A DNA stretch of 64,000 nucleotides from Nemertoderma westbladi (Eukaryota; Animalia; Xenacoelomorpha), in NCBI GenBank assembly GCA_032718475.1, contig JAUCBJ010002026.1, positions 11,630-75,629 on the forward strand. The letters are read 5' to 3'. The notes beneath the pieces were generated by a model. That model searched no databases. It was not told the origin of the DNA and saw nothing but the letters and a program-made list of their open reading frames with translations. The translations under genes were made by a program, and so were the position numbers. Of this stretch, positions 62,301-64,000 are shown in pieces (position 1 is the first letter of the stretch; every line of letters begins with the position of its first letter).

Positions 62301-63900
62301 ATCTATCCCCTTGGACGGGGTTGGTGTGCAGCTAAATCTATCCCCTTGGACGGGGTTGGTGGGCAGCTAAATCCAGCTCCTTGGCCGGGGTTGGTGTACA
62401 GTTAAATCCATATCCTTGGGCGGGGTTGGTTTGCAGCTAAATCAATCTCCTTGGACGGGGTTGGTGTGCAGCTAAATCCATCTGGGACGGGGGATTGGTG
62501 TGCTGTGCAGCTAAATCCATCTCCTTGGCCGGGGTGTTGGTGTACAGCTAAATCCATATCCTTGGGCGGGGTTGGTTTGCAGCTAAATCCATCTCCTTGG
62601 ACGGGGTTGGTGTGCAGCTAAATCCATCTGGGACGTGGGATTGGTGGGCAGCTAAATCCATCTCCTTGGACGGGGTAGGTGGGCAGCTAAATCCATCTCC
62701 TTGGGCGGGGTTGGTGTAGCAAAATCCATCTCCGTGGACGGGGTTGGTGTGCAGCTAAATCCATCTCTTGGCCGGGGTTGGTGTACAGCTAAATCCATAT
62801 CCTTGGGCGTGGTTGGTTTGCAGCTAAATCCATCTCCTTGGACGGGGTTGGTGTGCAGCTAAATCCATCTGGGACGGGGGATTGGTGGGCAGCTAAATCC
62901 ATCTCCTTGGATGGGGTTGGTGGGCAGCTAAATCCATCTCCTTGGGCGGGGTTGGTGTAGCAAAATCCATCTCCTTGGACGGGGTTGGTGTGCAGCTAAA
63001 TCCATCTCTTGGACGGGGTTGGTGGGCAGCTAAATCCATCTCCTTGGGCGGGGTTGGTGTGCAGCTAAATCTATCCCCTTGGACGGGGTTGGTGTGCAGC
63101 TAAATCTATCCCCTTGGACGGGGTTGGTGGGCAGCTAAATCCAGCTCCTTGGCCGGGGTTGGTGTACAGCTAAATCAATCTCCTTGGACGGGGTTGGTTT
63201 GCAGTTAAATCCATCTCATTGCACGGGGTTGGTTTGCAGCTAAATCCATCTCCTTGGACGGGGTTGGTGTGCAACTAAATCCATCTGGGACGGGGGATTA
63301 GTGTGCAGCTAAATCTATCACCTTGGACGGGGTTGGTGGGCAGCTAAATCCATCTCCTTGGACGGGGTTGGTGTAGCAAAATCCATCTCCTTGGACGGGG
63401 TTGGTTTGCAGCTAAATCCATCTCCTTGGACAGGGTTGGTGTGCAGCTAAATTCAGCTCCTTGGCCGGGATTGGTGTGCAGCTAAATCCATCTCCTTGGG
63501 CGGGGTTGGTGTGCAGCTACATCCATGTCCTTGGACGGGGTTGGTGTGCAGCAAAATCTATCTCCTTGGATGGGGTTGGTGTGCAGCTAAATTTGGTGTG
63601 CAGCTAAATAGTAAATCTATCTCCTTGGACGGGGTTGGTGGGCAGCTAATCCAGCTCCTTGGCCGGGGTTGGTGTACAGCTAAATCCATATCCTTGGGCG
63701 GGGGTGGTTTGCAGCTAAATCAATCTCCTTGGACGGGGTTGGTGTGCAGCTAAATCCATCTGGGACGGGGGATTGGTGTGCAGCTAAATCCATCTCCTTG
63801 GCCGGGGTTGGTGTACAGCTAAATCCATATCCTTGGGCGGGGTTGGTTTGCAGCTAAATCCATCTCCTTGGACGGGGTTGGTGTGCAGCTAAATCCATCC
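59317..63900. repeat. 35-bp minisatellite, about 130 copies, with a 1624-bp internal duplication
   Basis: Unit GCAGCTAAATCCATCTCCTTGGACGGGGTTGGTGT; rare variants recur 1624 bp apart (61872/63496, 60601/62225). Confidence 0.96.
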
Positions 63901-64000
63901 AAATACCCTCATGGATACTGCCCAGAGGACGACTGGTGACTCTCATGGCCAATGTTACTGCAAACTACATTAGGCCTATAATAGGCGATATTATTTATAT

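Noticed and set aside
59317-63900. 35-bp repeats as a CRISPR array, and the ORFs within them
   Set aside because: Units are head-to-tail with no unique spacers, there are no cas genes, and the context is eukaryotic. The ORFs are translations of the repeat.

Overview
Invertebrate-type eukaryotic genomic DNA, mostly nested transposable elements. (1) BEL/Pao LTR retrotransposon A (minus strand, decayed) is split inside its RNase H by a complete 13.8-kb BEL element B (4410-18171; 568-bp LTRs, 5-bp TSD AAGAC). Its putative 5' LTR is split by a young Gypsy element D (25371-31727; TSD CTAT, tRNA-Gln PBS) whose integrase ends in a PHD finger. (2) Where env would lie, B carries a disrupted ~820-codon ORF: DEDD-type 3'-5' exonuclease, three CCHC zinc knuckles and NLS-like motifs. 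An 11-copy hairpin array precedes it. B (and probably A) lacks a tRNA PBS and instead has a PBS-position sequence complementary to its own LTR, suggesting self-priming. (3) A Ginger1-like MITE follows. Then a ~52-bp satellite is split by a 16.3-kb foldback-like TIR element (34738-51037) holding a pogo transposase fragment, a truncated Penelope element with a candidate hammerhead ribozyme, and a third BEL element C. (4) The only host gene is a glycogen-targeting PP1 regulatory subunit (RVxF + CBM21, 53027-53851). After it come two inverted tRNA-like relics, a CAC-ended TIR element and a 4.6-kb 35-bp minisatellite. All calls come from reading the sequence by eye; no database searches were run.
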